A stretch of 64,000 nt of DNA, from NCBI GenBank assembly GCA_043228905.1, contig JBHGNT010000013.1, positions 8,370,001-8,434,000 on the forward strand, written 5' to 3'. Both the position numbers and the translations under genes were made by a program. This document shows positions 39,501 through 51,690 of this stretch, piece by piece. The stretch comes from Azolla caroliniana (Eukaryota; Plantae; Polypodiophyta). The notes under the pieces are model-generated. The model did not search any database. It saw only the letters and a list, made by a program, of their open reading frames with translations, and was not told the origin of the DNA. Numbering within the stretch: position 1 is the stretch's first letter; each line of letters opens with the position of its first letter.

Positions 39501-40618
39501 ACGATCGCTTCATGGGTAGCGATGCCCTAAGAAAACGAGATGAGTCGAGAAGAGCTTCTAGCCACAAGGATAAGGCCACTTGAGAGAAAACCCGAAGACT
39601 TGGAGTTGGCAAAGGAGAGGTTAGAAGCGGTTAGGCTAAGTAACAAAGCCTGATTCGACAAGACACACCGACTACGCCCTCGGAAGATCGAAGAAGGAGA
39701 CTGGGTGATTGTATATGATAGTAGTCTCAACAATTAACATAGCTCGATGTGGAAATTCGCAAAGCGATGGTTCGGGCCGTACGTGGTAACGAGTGCAAAC
39801 GATAATGCTACCTACCACCTCATTGAACTCGATGGGACTAAGCTGGCAGTACCAATAGCCAGGAAGTGGGTCCAAATCTTCAAAAAGCAACACGACAGGG
39901 AGCCAAACCTCGATGACCTTGACGAAGATAAAGGTGAGCAAACAACAAGCCGGGTAAATGAGGACGAGGAAATGAACTATTGACCACCCTCAGCTCGCCA
40001 TTCTTGGCACATACCGGAGGATGGATGGATGTCGTGATGTGGCGTGCTCGAGAGCGGGAAAAACCGGCGAAAGGGGGGGGTAAAAAATGTGCATGTGCAA
40101 TGTGTGTGCACACAAAAGCGATTAATTGTGCATATGCAAAATAAAAAAGGAAAACAAAGGGTGGAAAGGAGGTATAGAAGCTCATGCCAACAGTAAGAGA
40201 GAGGAGAGATAAAAGGTAGAGGGGAGACAGCCTATGAATTTATAGAGATAGAATTATATATTACACAAGAGAGAGTTAATGGTCTAGTGGATAGTCACAT
40301 TCACTTCTAGCTAGAGGTGCACAGTTCAAATTTAGTCTTACAGTGCAGCGTGATTTAAGGAATTTTATTCCTTTCTCATTGAAGACAAAATTGGCGACCC
40401 CCCTTCCTTTTTTCCTGTAAAAGGAGGTCAAGGGGGGCTCATTCGGGAGGACATTTTGGGAGGAGGAGACTATTGCCAATTTTCCTTAGAAGCTCTTCAT
40501 CTTGTTATTCACCACTTCTCTTCTTCTCATACCCCTTCATCCCCCCATCACCACGTGCTCGTCTTCTTCGCGTCGGCACTTGAAGTGCTCGTGAGCCCAA
40601 GCTTCGTTGGTTCGACGT

Positions 40619-40738
40619 TGCAAGGTGATCATGTTGCCATTAGGCAATCAGATGGGAACCTCTCCAGTCCCTGTGATTCTTCACTCCTGCCCATTGCCTC
40701 ATTGGATTGTACCCTGAACACTATTGTTTCTTTTGCCA
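40619..40738. other. 120-bp filler identical to 63661-63780
   Basis: TGCAAGGTGATCATG..TTCTTTTGCCA matches base for base by eye and joins two truncated LTRs. Confidence 0.9.
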
Positions 40739-43700
40739 AGGATAAAGTTTAGTATAACTTTAAAATTCATAATACGTTAGTATAATGATAAGGCTTAACA
40801 TTATTAACATGGAGGTGCAAGGTTCGAATCTTGCCCTATGCATGTAATATATATATATATATATTTATACTTTCTTCTATTTACAAATATGTCTCTTCAT
40901 CCAATGAAAGACTCTCACCGGCCTTCTTCATCCGGCTCTTTCCGGTTCTGCTTCATCCGGTGCTTGCTAGTTTCTTACTTCGGATCTCGGCTTTCTTCTC
41001 TTTATTGTCCGATGATTCCTCGATTTCTCGTAGCATTTTCCTGATCAACAAGCTTTCTCCCTCGTATTCTTCTTCCCGGAATTCTTGGATTACGTCCACC
41101 CGGCATATGTGCTCCGAAGCAAAGTAGTCTTCGGAAACTTCTTCATTATCGGATTCGGTTATGTCATCTCCGAACCGCGCCCTTCATAGCATATCCGCTA
41201 CAACGTTGTCTTTTCCGGAGATGTCTCTTACCTCCAGATTAAGTGACTTAACATATGCAATCCATCTTAGCATAGCCAAATCCGGTATCGTGCAACACCG
41301 CATCATCCCGAGTATCGGAAGACAATCCGTTTCGATCACTACTTCGGCTCCGATCAAATAATCTCGATCCGATTTGATTGCCGACACGACTCCCCATAAT
41401 TCTCTTTTAACTTGTGCATATCCGCATTGCCTTTCGTTGAGAAACTTTCCTCCGAATCGGATCGGATATCGTGAACCTTCCGGATCGGCTTGATTGATGA
41501 CCCATCCGATTCCGGTTGGACTTGGGTCAACCGTTACTATGATCGGTTGGTCATAGTTCGGCTTCTTTAGTGCTTCTGCCCTCCGTAGTGATTTCTTGAG
41601 CTTCCTCATGGCTTTGGTTTGCTTCGGTTTCCAATCAAACTTCTTACCCTTCCGCAACAAGTGATAGAGTGGGTCCGCTATATGTGCATACTGCAGACTC
41701 CATATGTGGTAGAATGCACATCCTCCAAGAAACCTTCGAACTTCGGATTGTGACTCACATACTTTTTTTATAGCTTGAATCGCATCGATCTTGGTTGGTG
41801 ACGGTCTTTGCCTGTAGGGCCCACATAGATGTCCGACTACCAATATTTCTTCTTGTCCGAATGCCGATTTCTCTCCGGAAAGTGTTAGATGCACATCTTC
41901 TAACTTCCGTAACACTTTCTCACAATCACGCATATGGTTGACTACGAACCTTCAGCATCCCCATTCATCCATAGCTTCATCCTTTTCTTCCACCGCACAC
42001 CCTTTCATTGGAATGTCATCTAGGAACGGCATCGTTATCTCCGGTATGCAATCCCGGAGCACCTTGTTCATCGCATTCATCATATGTGCGACTGAGTTCG
42101 TCGCGCCTTGTGGTAGCGTACACATCCGAAGTAATCCTATCGGTGTCCGCATGGTAGTGATGTCTCGGCTCTCGACGACTAGTTGGAATTGGTCATATCC
42201 GGAATATAGGTCTCCGATGGAGTATATCGCGCGACCGGCAAATGCTTCCACAAATTCGTCCACTATCGGACCGACTCCGGAGTTCCAGATCGTGACCTTG
42301 TTTACCGGTTGCAAATCTTGAATAAATCGGAGTGACCCATTCTTCTTTGGAACCGTAAACCATCGATTTGAGTACGCGGCATTTGATGGCTCTAGAATCC
42401 CCATCGCCACCTTCTCCTTGAGCAAGTCGATGATATTCGGAATATGTGCCCGTGGCACCGGAATCGGCTTCAGGTTCCACGGCACATGGTCAATCGTGAA
42501 GATCACCATCGGCTCCACTGTCTTCGGGTCAGCGCATCCTATTTCTTTCGATGTAAATGTAAATGCTCTCCCATGTCGCTCTAGCATCCCACGGAATCGT
42601 TCTTCTTCATTCTTAAATAGGAACCCACCTCCACCGATCCGAAGTTTCTTCCGGGTCTCATCCATGAAGGCATGTCCGATATCCATGGACTCCCGAAGTG
42701 TCAGATCCCCCGAGACTTCTTTCCTCTTTTGTTCGCTATTTGCGGGTAACAGTCCCGCGGCCAGTTTCACTTTCTTCTCCACGGTCTTGTATTTCGTACT
42801 TACCATTGCTTCTTCTTTGCGGAGCGCATCCAGCCCCATTTTCACAATGATCTCGTTCATATCGACCGACTCCACCGGAATTACCCGGTTTCCCTGGCTT
42901 GTATCTTCCGCGAGCTCTTCAAGCCGTTGTAGTGTGCTCCCATAGAACACTTCTTTGACTATTCCCACGATTTCTTCGTCTTCTTTTATTATTGATGCCG
43001 ACCGTAACTTATCCTCCACTTTTCGGTATTCTTTCTTCATTCCTCTGGTTACGGCCGTGTACGTGGATGCCCCATCCGGACCGATTCACACTTGTTTTGC
43101 ACTGAGAGGTTTCTTCCTGTGTGGGGTATCAGGGCTTCTCGGACTATCACTTCCCCACTCCACAATAGTCCGCTCTAAAAATCCATTCTTGTTTGGGACA
43201 AGAGCTCTCTCTTGTTCCTTTCATGATTTGCCGGCACCGTTAGGAATTGGACGGATTTCCCTCCATTTTGGCTCCGAATTCACGCAAAAGCCGCGCCGCT
43301 ATCGAGCACCTTTGTCTCCATCCGTGATGCCGTGATAAAGGGTTGCTCGAGGATCACGGAGTGTGAGACCTCGTCTTGTACGAAGAAATTTTGGTCGATC
43401 TCGACATCCCCGATCTTCACCGTCACATCCGAACAAGCCGCAAATAGATCTTCTGTTGCTTTAGTGGCCGCCCGGATCTTCCACCCATGATTCGTGTTAA
43501 TAGGCCACTTACCCTTCCAGTAGAATTCCTTGGACATCAAGTTGATCTCCGATCTGTGATCAATCAATGCTAGCACAGGTTCTTTGATGTTACCGATTCG
43601 GACCGGAGTCTCCATAGTTGCGCGTGCCCAGTGTGGCTTTGTGTAGTGAGAGTTCAGTATTTCGTCCTCCAATTTTGTGTCATTCATTAGAACAGTATTT

Positions 43701-46131
43701 GCATTCACCCTTGGAGCGTTCTCCTCCGTACTTTGGCTTTTTCTCTTCACGAGGTCCAAAAGAAGATCATGGAACTCCTTCGCTATTCCAAGTAATTCTC
43801 GAAGCGAAAAATCTACCCTGCTATCGAGGATTCTCTCCTCGAACACCTTTTTCAAGTCCGTTTGTTGTTCGATGTCCGAGGCGAGCTTGAATGTTGGAAT
43901 CATCTTTTCTTTTCCCTTACCTCCAGAGTTCCAGCTTTCCGGTGTCTTCGATGGACTGGCCGCCTCATCCGTACGCCGTCGCTTCTCATCTACATACACT
44001 TCATGCAATTGGCATAAAGCAAACACGCTATTCTTATCGACGGGGCACTCCCATCTCGTAGCTTCCCGGATGCCTTCCGCGGTGCTTTGGATCTCGTTAG
44101 AGTCGGTTTTCTCGGTGTTTTCTAGCACTTCCGGCCAAAAAGACACCTTTGATCCCGATGACTCCCCGACACGTATTCCCGCGGTTGTCGCGTAATTGTT
44201 CTTCGCTGCTATTTCCTCCTCTAGGATCTTCTTCATGCCGCCTTTCCGGAAGTTCGGTCGGAGTGGCTTCCGAGAGTCCATTGAATGAATCCGATTTCCC
44301 TCGTAGTAGATAAGATCCCGTCGTAACGCCTCCTTGTGCTTGTCGCAATCCCTCTGATCATGTTCGGTGCTATCGCACCATATGCATCGACGGTCCATAT
44401 ACTTGGAACTTGTGGGACGGTCATCCGACTTCTTCACGATCGCGATTTTTAGATTCTCCATCTCCTTCAGCAACTGCTCCACCGTAGTTGCATGGATTCC
44501 CTTCTCAGTCGTAGCTTCCCGAGCCCACGGTTGATGGTCTTCCGATCCAGATCTCGGTTTCGGAATCGGTTCCGAAACCCTCTTTTCTTCGTTGGCAAGC
44601 CATTGCCCCCTCTTTGAGTATCGCGCGACGATATCTCGCACGCTTTCCCATGTCTCGGTGAGGCCACTCTCGGTATTCGTGTCCTCTAGAAGCATTCCAA
44701 GATCGTTTCAGTCTCGGACATCTACGGCTTGTAAGAACATGATAACTTTGTCCGGTGCGAGGATAGCTTGATCTCTCGCAGACAACCTCCCGAACCGACC
44801 TTCGATTGCCGAAAACACATCGAGAACCTTCATCCCCTTGTCCGGCGTTTCTACCCAATCCTCGAATCCTCTCCGCGTTGCCTTGGAGGAGTCCTCGATA
44901 GCGAACGTGGTCTTTAGCGCCTCTTCAAACGCTTCCCACGTCGGATTTTGTTGTCGTAGCCCGTGGATACTTGCTTGAAGCCCGTCGGTAGCCACCCGGT
45001 TGAAGGATGCCACTTGCAGTCCTTCTAAAATCCCACATCATAGCATTTCCGCCTTGTAGTCCCGAAGATAGCGTGATACGTCCTTTCCGTTGAGCGGCCC
45101 GATCTGGTGCACGAGCCGCTCTACTGCCGCCGCTATCTCCGACATCGCACGTTGTTCCTGAAGCATCCACTCGAACATCATCATCATGTTGTTAGCCTCC
45201 GGTTGATTTTCCATCTCCTTGCCACCGGTGTTCATGTCAAGGTCACCACTTGTGTCGTGCCTTTCGGCTCCGGATCGTTGCGTGAGTCAGGTGGGAACCA
45301 CTAGGGTTTTCGACTAGGAGGAAAGAAAATTCTAAGGCAATTAAGAATGTGAAATATATTGTAGGAATGAAAGATATGAAAAACTCGTGAATCCCACGAG
45401 TATAGTGTATTAGTGAGTACTCAAATTTAGAGAGAAAAATAGTTAGCAAATTCGTGGATCCCACGATTATATTATATTAATCAACCCTTGTAAAATAATC
45501 AACAACAACTATACATCATTCTCTCTTCCTTATATAGTGTTGGAAGAGTTTAAGTTTATCACATGCAAGCATCATGCTTTTCCTATCTTTAGTTTTCATG
45601 CACACTACATGTGCATTATTAGCTTTCTATCTCATCTTTTCTTTTAACTCGAGTGTCTATGCATGAATAACTTTTTGTACCATGCATGTCTAGAAATTTT
45701 ACATGGGATAAATTTTAGTATAACTTTAAAATTCATAATACGCTAGTATAATGATAAGGCTTAACATTATTAACATGGAGGTGCAAGGTTCGAATCTTGC
45801 CCTATGCATGTAATATATAATTTTATACTTTCTTCTATTTACAAATATGTCTCTTCATCTGATGAGAGACTCTCACCGGCCTTCTTCATCTGGCTCTTGC
45901 CGGTTTTGCTTCATCCGGTTCTCATCGATTTTCTTTATCCAGTTCTTACCGATCCTCTTCGTCCGTTTCTCACCGACTCTCACCGGCCTTCTTCATCCGG
46001 CTCTTGCCGGTCTCCTTAGCAGTTTCGGTCCTCACCGGTTCTTCCTTCCGGTTCACACTGGGTACTCCATATCCTATCTGGAGAAACCAAAAATGTAATT
46101 TTTCACGTAGTGCGCGAATTACACTACAACA
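40739..46131 (-). mobile_element. tRNA-Trp-primed Gypsy element 3: 5' LTR 45253-46131, gag-PR, RT-RH; integrase deleted; 3' LTR remnant 40739-~40961
   Basis: ORFs 43280-45235, 41952-43040 and 41184-41933 are highly similar to Gypsy 1 proteins. Degenerate PBS TGGTGACCTTGACATGAA at 45231-45248. The LTR remnant matches ~45705-45919. Confidence 0.9.
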
Positions 46132-48030
46132 ACGCCATGTGCTCTCTTTCTTTTAACCAAGAGAATTGGTGCACCCCATGGAGATTTACTATAACATATA
46201 TAACCCATTCGTAAATAGTCCTCGAGTTGCTTGGATACCTCATCCTCTTCGGATTGACTTAAGCGATAAGGAGGTATACTTACTGGCGCAACGCCAGGTA
46301 CAATATTTATACGATGGTCTATATTACGTTTAGGAGGTAACCCATCTGGTAGTTCACTCAGAAAAACATCACGGCAATCATTTAAGATTTCATCAAGTTC
46401 TTGTTGTTCAAAATATGTTAATTGAACCGAGACATTATCGATATTGTAAACGTGAATGTCGAGATCAAATACACAATAAAATAGAGTAGAACAAGACAAC
46501 TCAGATATTGATGGAGAGGAAACAATCGAGAGGGATTGTTTTTTTACACATTGAATAAAATGAGTACAATCGTTTAGTACAAAAGTTATTGAATGATGAA
46601 CCCAATCAATAGATAAAGAAGAGTTTTTATTATAGAACCAGGGATAACCAAGTATTACATCAGTGGTACAAAGATTCATTACATGGAAGTCTACTTCCTT
46701 TATATAAATATCAATAGAAATTCCTAATGAATGAATCGCCCCGTTGATGTATTGTACTCTTTCATCAGCCAAGTGCACCGTATAGGTGTGATCACTTATG
46801 GTGGGTTGGATTCCCCATATCTGAACCAAACGATTGTTCACAAAGTTGTGTGAGCTTCGTGAATCAAACAAAAATTGTACGGGAGATCCATTGATATACC
46901 CGTTTGCACGTAGTAAATCATTGGGACCCAATACATAGTGAGGGAAAGAACATTGACAATTACTTAAATGATGTGTATAGACCTCAAGGACATTAGGAAT
47001 TTGACCTCTATGGTCTGCAGCTTTAGCTTTGCTGTCGTGCTCTTTTCATTGGAGCTTTCGACAATGCTCTTTTGTATGACCCTTCTTTTGCAGAATACGC
47101 AAAAAGGATGTTGTCACTTACAATCATGATCCATGAATTCGTTGGGTGTCTTGCGTTTCCCAAAGAATTGCGATTGCTTAGTCCCGGGTGCTTTGTTGGG
47201 TTTGTTGTGTTCCTTCTTCGAAGTGCGTTGATAGCGAAGAACTATTTCAACAGCCTCTTCGAAGGATTTTGGATCCTTATCGTGCACTATCTAGTGATAG
47301 TCCGAATTGGGGATGCCATTGACAAAACAAGCTATTAACCAGCTGTCCCCTTCTAGACCTGATTTTTGGATTTGGGTTCTAGCATGGTGAACATAGTCTT
47401 CTAGCAAGAAAAACTTCCTACTAGAGAGGTTCATTAAAGCTTGTGCTACCTCGGTTCGAGAGGGAGGTTGCAGAAATCGGCCCTTAAAAACTGTGACAAA
47501 TCTGTCCAGGTATCGGACAATTTCCCCAAAGTTCGGAGCCCATGCCACCAGGCAGCGGCCTTAACCCCTAGTTCTTGGCCCACATATGCAATCTTCATAC
47601 TATTTGGCATGGGATAGAGCTCAAAAGGAGACTCTCATCAGCCCAACCATGTGCAGATTGCTTCTTTGGTTCTTCCCCTTTTTTCTCCCGTAAATGCCTT
47701 AAGGACAAACGATGGTTCAACCTGTCGCTCATTGGGTCTATTAGTCTCACGTTTTAAACTAATGACACCTGCCTCGAGATCACTTTGAGATTGTCAAAGT
47801 TCGGTCATCTGTTGAGCGGTGAAACTAAGGTATCAAGGCTTATTTGTGAAAAATACAATGGATGTTTGTCCAGGAGGATTTCCTTGAGTTCCTTGTGCTT
47901 GAGCAGATGACATCTGGTCGTTATTTTGAGCCATAGAATGATTATTTCTGGCAAAGAAATAGGATAAGGTCAGACACATAGTCATAACATCATGTCGTGA
48001 TGTAAACATATCATGGGCAAACATTAATCA
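46132..48030 (-). mobile_element. Gypsy gag-protease-RT N-terminal fragment, probably the 5' half of the chromovirus at 30397-32571
   Basis: ORF 46119-46931 has protease FLFDSRSSHNFV and DVILGYPW plus RT start LPPKRNIDHRI..SKSPWGAPILLV. Degenerate gag lies upstream. Confidence 0.7.
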
Positions 48031-48335
48031 ATATCATGATCTCACGTCAATACCCCCTAGTCGTATGAGATGAGGTTGAAGATCAGGTTACTATGGTAAC
48101 ATAAAGGTGTTCTAAAAACCATGGGGGTGACAAATTAATGTCTTTCCCTGATCTCTATATCGATTTTTTCATGGCGGCTCCCTGAGGGTCAACCATGTAT
48201 GTTTGCGTCATGAATAGTTTACACACAAAAAATGTTAACAATAAACTATGTTTCGGTGCCCACATATGTGGTTTCGGCTCTTTAAGTTCTATTACGAGGA
48301 CCCCAAAGTGCACTTAGACCTCAAGTCTAAACATG

Positions 48336-48861
48336 TGTTATAGTCATATGTATCAACAATGTTGTATGGTCTTGGTCATATTTGAACTCGAGACCTCGAG
48401 AAAAAATGCATTAAACACTTGAGCTAACTAAATAGGTTTCTCATGTTGAATATTTAATGTTTTATGCGTATAAGAGATATGTGAGGCATTTGCTCATATC
48501 TGTTTTTTTAAAAGAAACATATATGTCATTATTTCCCCCTCATTTACCACTGTAAACTATGTTGGTACATTACCTATCCTCAAGTCTCGCGCCAAAGTGT
48601 AACCTAATGGTCAAGCCAAATGAGCCCTCTTTTCGTAGTAGGCCCACATGGCCCATCACATGGTTATGTCATTACGAATGCCTTTCGTAAGAATGATCTC
48701 ATGGTGGCATCGTATCCATGTAATGAGGGAGGGATGTTAGATATGTGTGTCCTAGAAGCGACCTCACATGAAGTGGGTCAACCCCTACGTTCTCACCATC
48801 ATTGTGGCTATGATCGTTTCGTTACGTAAAGAAATCGAAGTGACCAACGGGGATGTCAACA
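48336..48861. mobile_element. Possible solo LTR or SINE-containing repeat with an antisense tRNA-like A/B box (48373-48436)
   Basis: TGTTATAG..TGTCAACA termini; the minus strand reads TAGCTCAAGTG..GAGTTCAAAT. No clean TSD. Confidence 0.3.
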
Positions 48862-49313
48862 AAAATGTAAAGACAGACACCAAGATCCTTTCCCCGAAAA
48901 GGACAACAATCGATATAGAAATTATGTTATAACTAACATTCACATATGTATATTTATCACACATACGATCAAATACGTATACACATGACCACATATGCGT
49001 ATATTAAGAAAAAATCGCAACATCAAATAGCCAACATATGATGAAATTGAGACACGTAATCGAGGCATATAGCCTCTATGCACACGAAACATCTAAAAAT
49101 AAGGGTTAATCATAATACGCAATTGAGGTATTGACCTCATACGCATATGACACCAAATGCATATCATTTACATACAAATCAAGGTAATGACATCATATGC
49201 AAACATAACATATGTTTGTTGTGAAAAGAAGAACGTGCGGAAGCAACAGAAAGAAAAACGTAGGAAAACACAGGTTTAATGGAGAGAGCTTGGACACACA
49301 TAGTATGTGGGAG

Positions 49314-49356
<43 letters not shown>

Positions 49357-49789
49357 ATACACACAACTCTATTCAAAAAATAATACTCAGTCTGTACATA
49401 GAATGTGCTCAATGAGCACTTTTATACAAGTCCATACGGACTGACAGAAGTATAAATGCTCATAAATGAGCTCTACACTAACTCCTAAAATATATTCCTA
49501 CGCGGAATATCTTTCCAACGGCCTTGCGGTTTACGCACCGCTACGGCTTCTTGTTGCGCACCAGTTTATGCACCGGTCTGGCCTAACCGATCGGTCCCAA
49601 CCAATCCGGTTCTCTCCTTGTCCATTGAAGGAGAGTCTTTGTCCGATAGTCAGATCAACGTCGGAAGCGGTGTTGGTGTTGGCTTTGCATTCTCCATGTT
49701 GAAGCGTTTCATCACGTTCCGGATATAGTCGGGCTTGGAGAATCTTGGTTGTCTGATTTCACTCAATACTCATGCCCAATATGTGATGG

Positions 49790-51362
49790 GCTTCTCCGAG
49801 TTCCTTCATCGCAAACTTGTGATGAAGGCTCCGCTTCAACTTTCCGATATCTGCTTGATTACTTCCTGCAGTCAGCATGTCGTTAACATATAGGATCAAG
49901 TAAATTTACATACATGTGTTGGAGTCTATTCGGAGGTATCCAAGCTACCTGATGTAGGAGTCGAACTTCTGGTACCACATCCTCAACGCTTGTTTCAATC
50001 CATAAAGGCTTTTCTTCAGTCGACATACGAGGTGGCTTTCATTCCCCGTCGTTGTGAAGACGATGGGTTGAGACATGTAAATGTCTTCTACCAGATCTCC
50101 ATGTAGGAATGTCGTTTTTACGTCTATATGCTAAAGCTCTAGATCTTCTGTCGCCACAACTCCAAGTAGGAGTCAGAGAGTGGTCATCTTAACTACTCGT
50201 GAGAATATCTTGTCATAGTCAACCCCATATTCTTGTTTGAATCATTTTGCGACGAGCCGAGCTTTTTACTTGGGTTTGTTTGAGTCAAATACATATTTGT
50301 GTCAGAAAACCCATTTGCAAGGTAGCGGCCTTCTTCCAAATGGTAGTTCAACCAGCTCCTGTGTCTAATTCTTGTGAATGGAGTCCATTTCGGATTTCAT
50401 GGCTTGTACCCATGTATCAGCGTCCGGCGCAATAAAAGCTTCTTCATATGTGCTGGATTCGCCTGCATTGGTGTAATGGACATAGTCAAGGCCTAGTTGA
50501 TAAAACTTTGTTGGCCTCTGTGCTTGTCCAACTCTCCTGGGTGCTGAAATGAGTGTCATGACGGGTTTCTCCGAGTTCCTTCATCACAAACTTTTCATGA
50601 TGGCTCCGCTTTAGCTTTCCAATATCTGCTTGATGACTTCCTCCAATCAACATGTCGTCGATATATAGGATCAGGTAAATCCTAGACTCCTCGGCCAGTT
50701 GCCAAATCTACATACATGTGTCGGAGTCTGATCGGCGGTATCCAAGCTGCCTCATGTAGGAGTCTAACTTCTGGTACCACATCCTCAACGCTTGTTTCAA
50801 GCCATAAAGGCTTTTCTTCAGTCAACATACAAGATGGATTTCCTTCCCAGTCGTCGTGAAGTTGGTCAATTGAGACATGTAAATGTCTTCTTCCAGATCT
50901 CCGTGTAGGAATGTCGTCTTTACATCTATATGCTCAAGCTCTAGATCTTCTATCGCCACAACTCCAAGTAGGAGTCGGAGGGTGGTCATCTTAACTACTG
51001 GTGAGAATATCTCCTCGTAGTCGACCCCACATTCTTGTTTGAATCCTTTTGCGATGAGCCGAGCTTTGGCTTGGGTTTGTCTGAGTCAGATACATATTTG
51101 TATCAGAAAACCCATTTGCAAGGTAGCGGCTTTCTTCTAGCTAGTAGTTCAACTAGCTCCTGTGTCTAAATCTTCTGAATCGAATCCTTTTCAGATTTCA
51201 TGGCTTGTAGCCATGTATCGGCGTCTAGTGCGGCAATAGCTTCTTCATATGTGCTAGATTCGTCGGCATCGGTGTAATGGACCTAGTCGAGGCCTGGTTG
51301 ATGAAACTCTGTTGGCCTTCGAGCTCGTCTAGATCTCTTGGGTGCTGAAATGAGTGTCATGA
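49790..51362. repeat. Tandem duplication of ~780 bp of Copia D RT (49790-50562 vs 50565-51362)
   Basis: Both copies start TTCTCCGAGTTCCTTCATC and end GGGTGCTGAAATGAGTGTCATGA. Confidence 0.88.
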
Positions 51363-51652
51363 TATGGAAAGATTCAAACCCATGACCTTTTGTTACATGG
51401 GTCGAACCCTTGGCATTAGACTATATATTGTAATACGAAGGATATTATTTTCATTGATTATTTCACTATAGAAAATTGATGTATATTTCCAGATTTCTTT
51501 GGAACATTCTAGAAACTTTAGGAGTACTCCTGAAAACACTAGAAAAGGAGGCACAAGGCATTATGTCGAACCAAATAGGTTTAACGCCAGTCTTAAGCCT
51601 CAGTCATTATTGTACTTACTCTTCATATAAGATATTATATCTTTTGTTATCA

Positions 51653-51690
<38 letters not shown>

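Larger units (their letters stand above)
32572..40620 (+). mobile_element. Degenerate tRNA-Trp-primed Gypsy element 2: 5' LTR 32572-34358, truncated 3' LTR 40030-40620
   Basis: The LTR start repeats at 40030. PBS TGGTGAACCCGACATGAA at 34364-34381. Broken gag-PR (34539-36528) and RT-RH-INT (36525-39983) frames are homologous to Gypsy 1. Confidence 0.9.

Noticed and set aside
45231-45248. Gypsy 3 PBS resembling an animal-type tRNA-Trp end (TGGTGACC..)
   Set aside because: A single-base difference in a decayed PBS is insufficient to suggest horizontal transfer.
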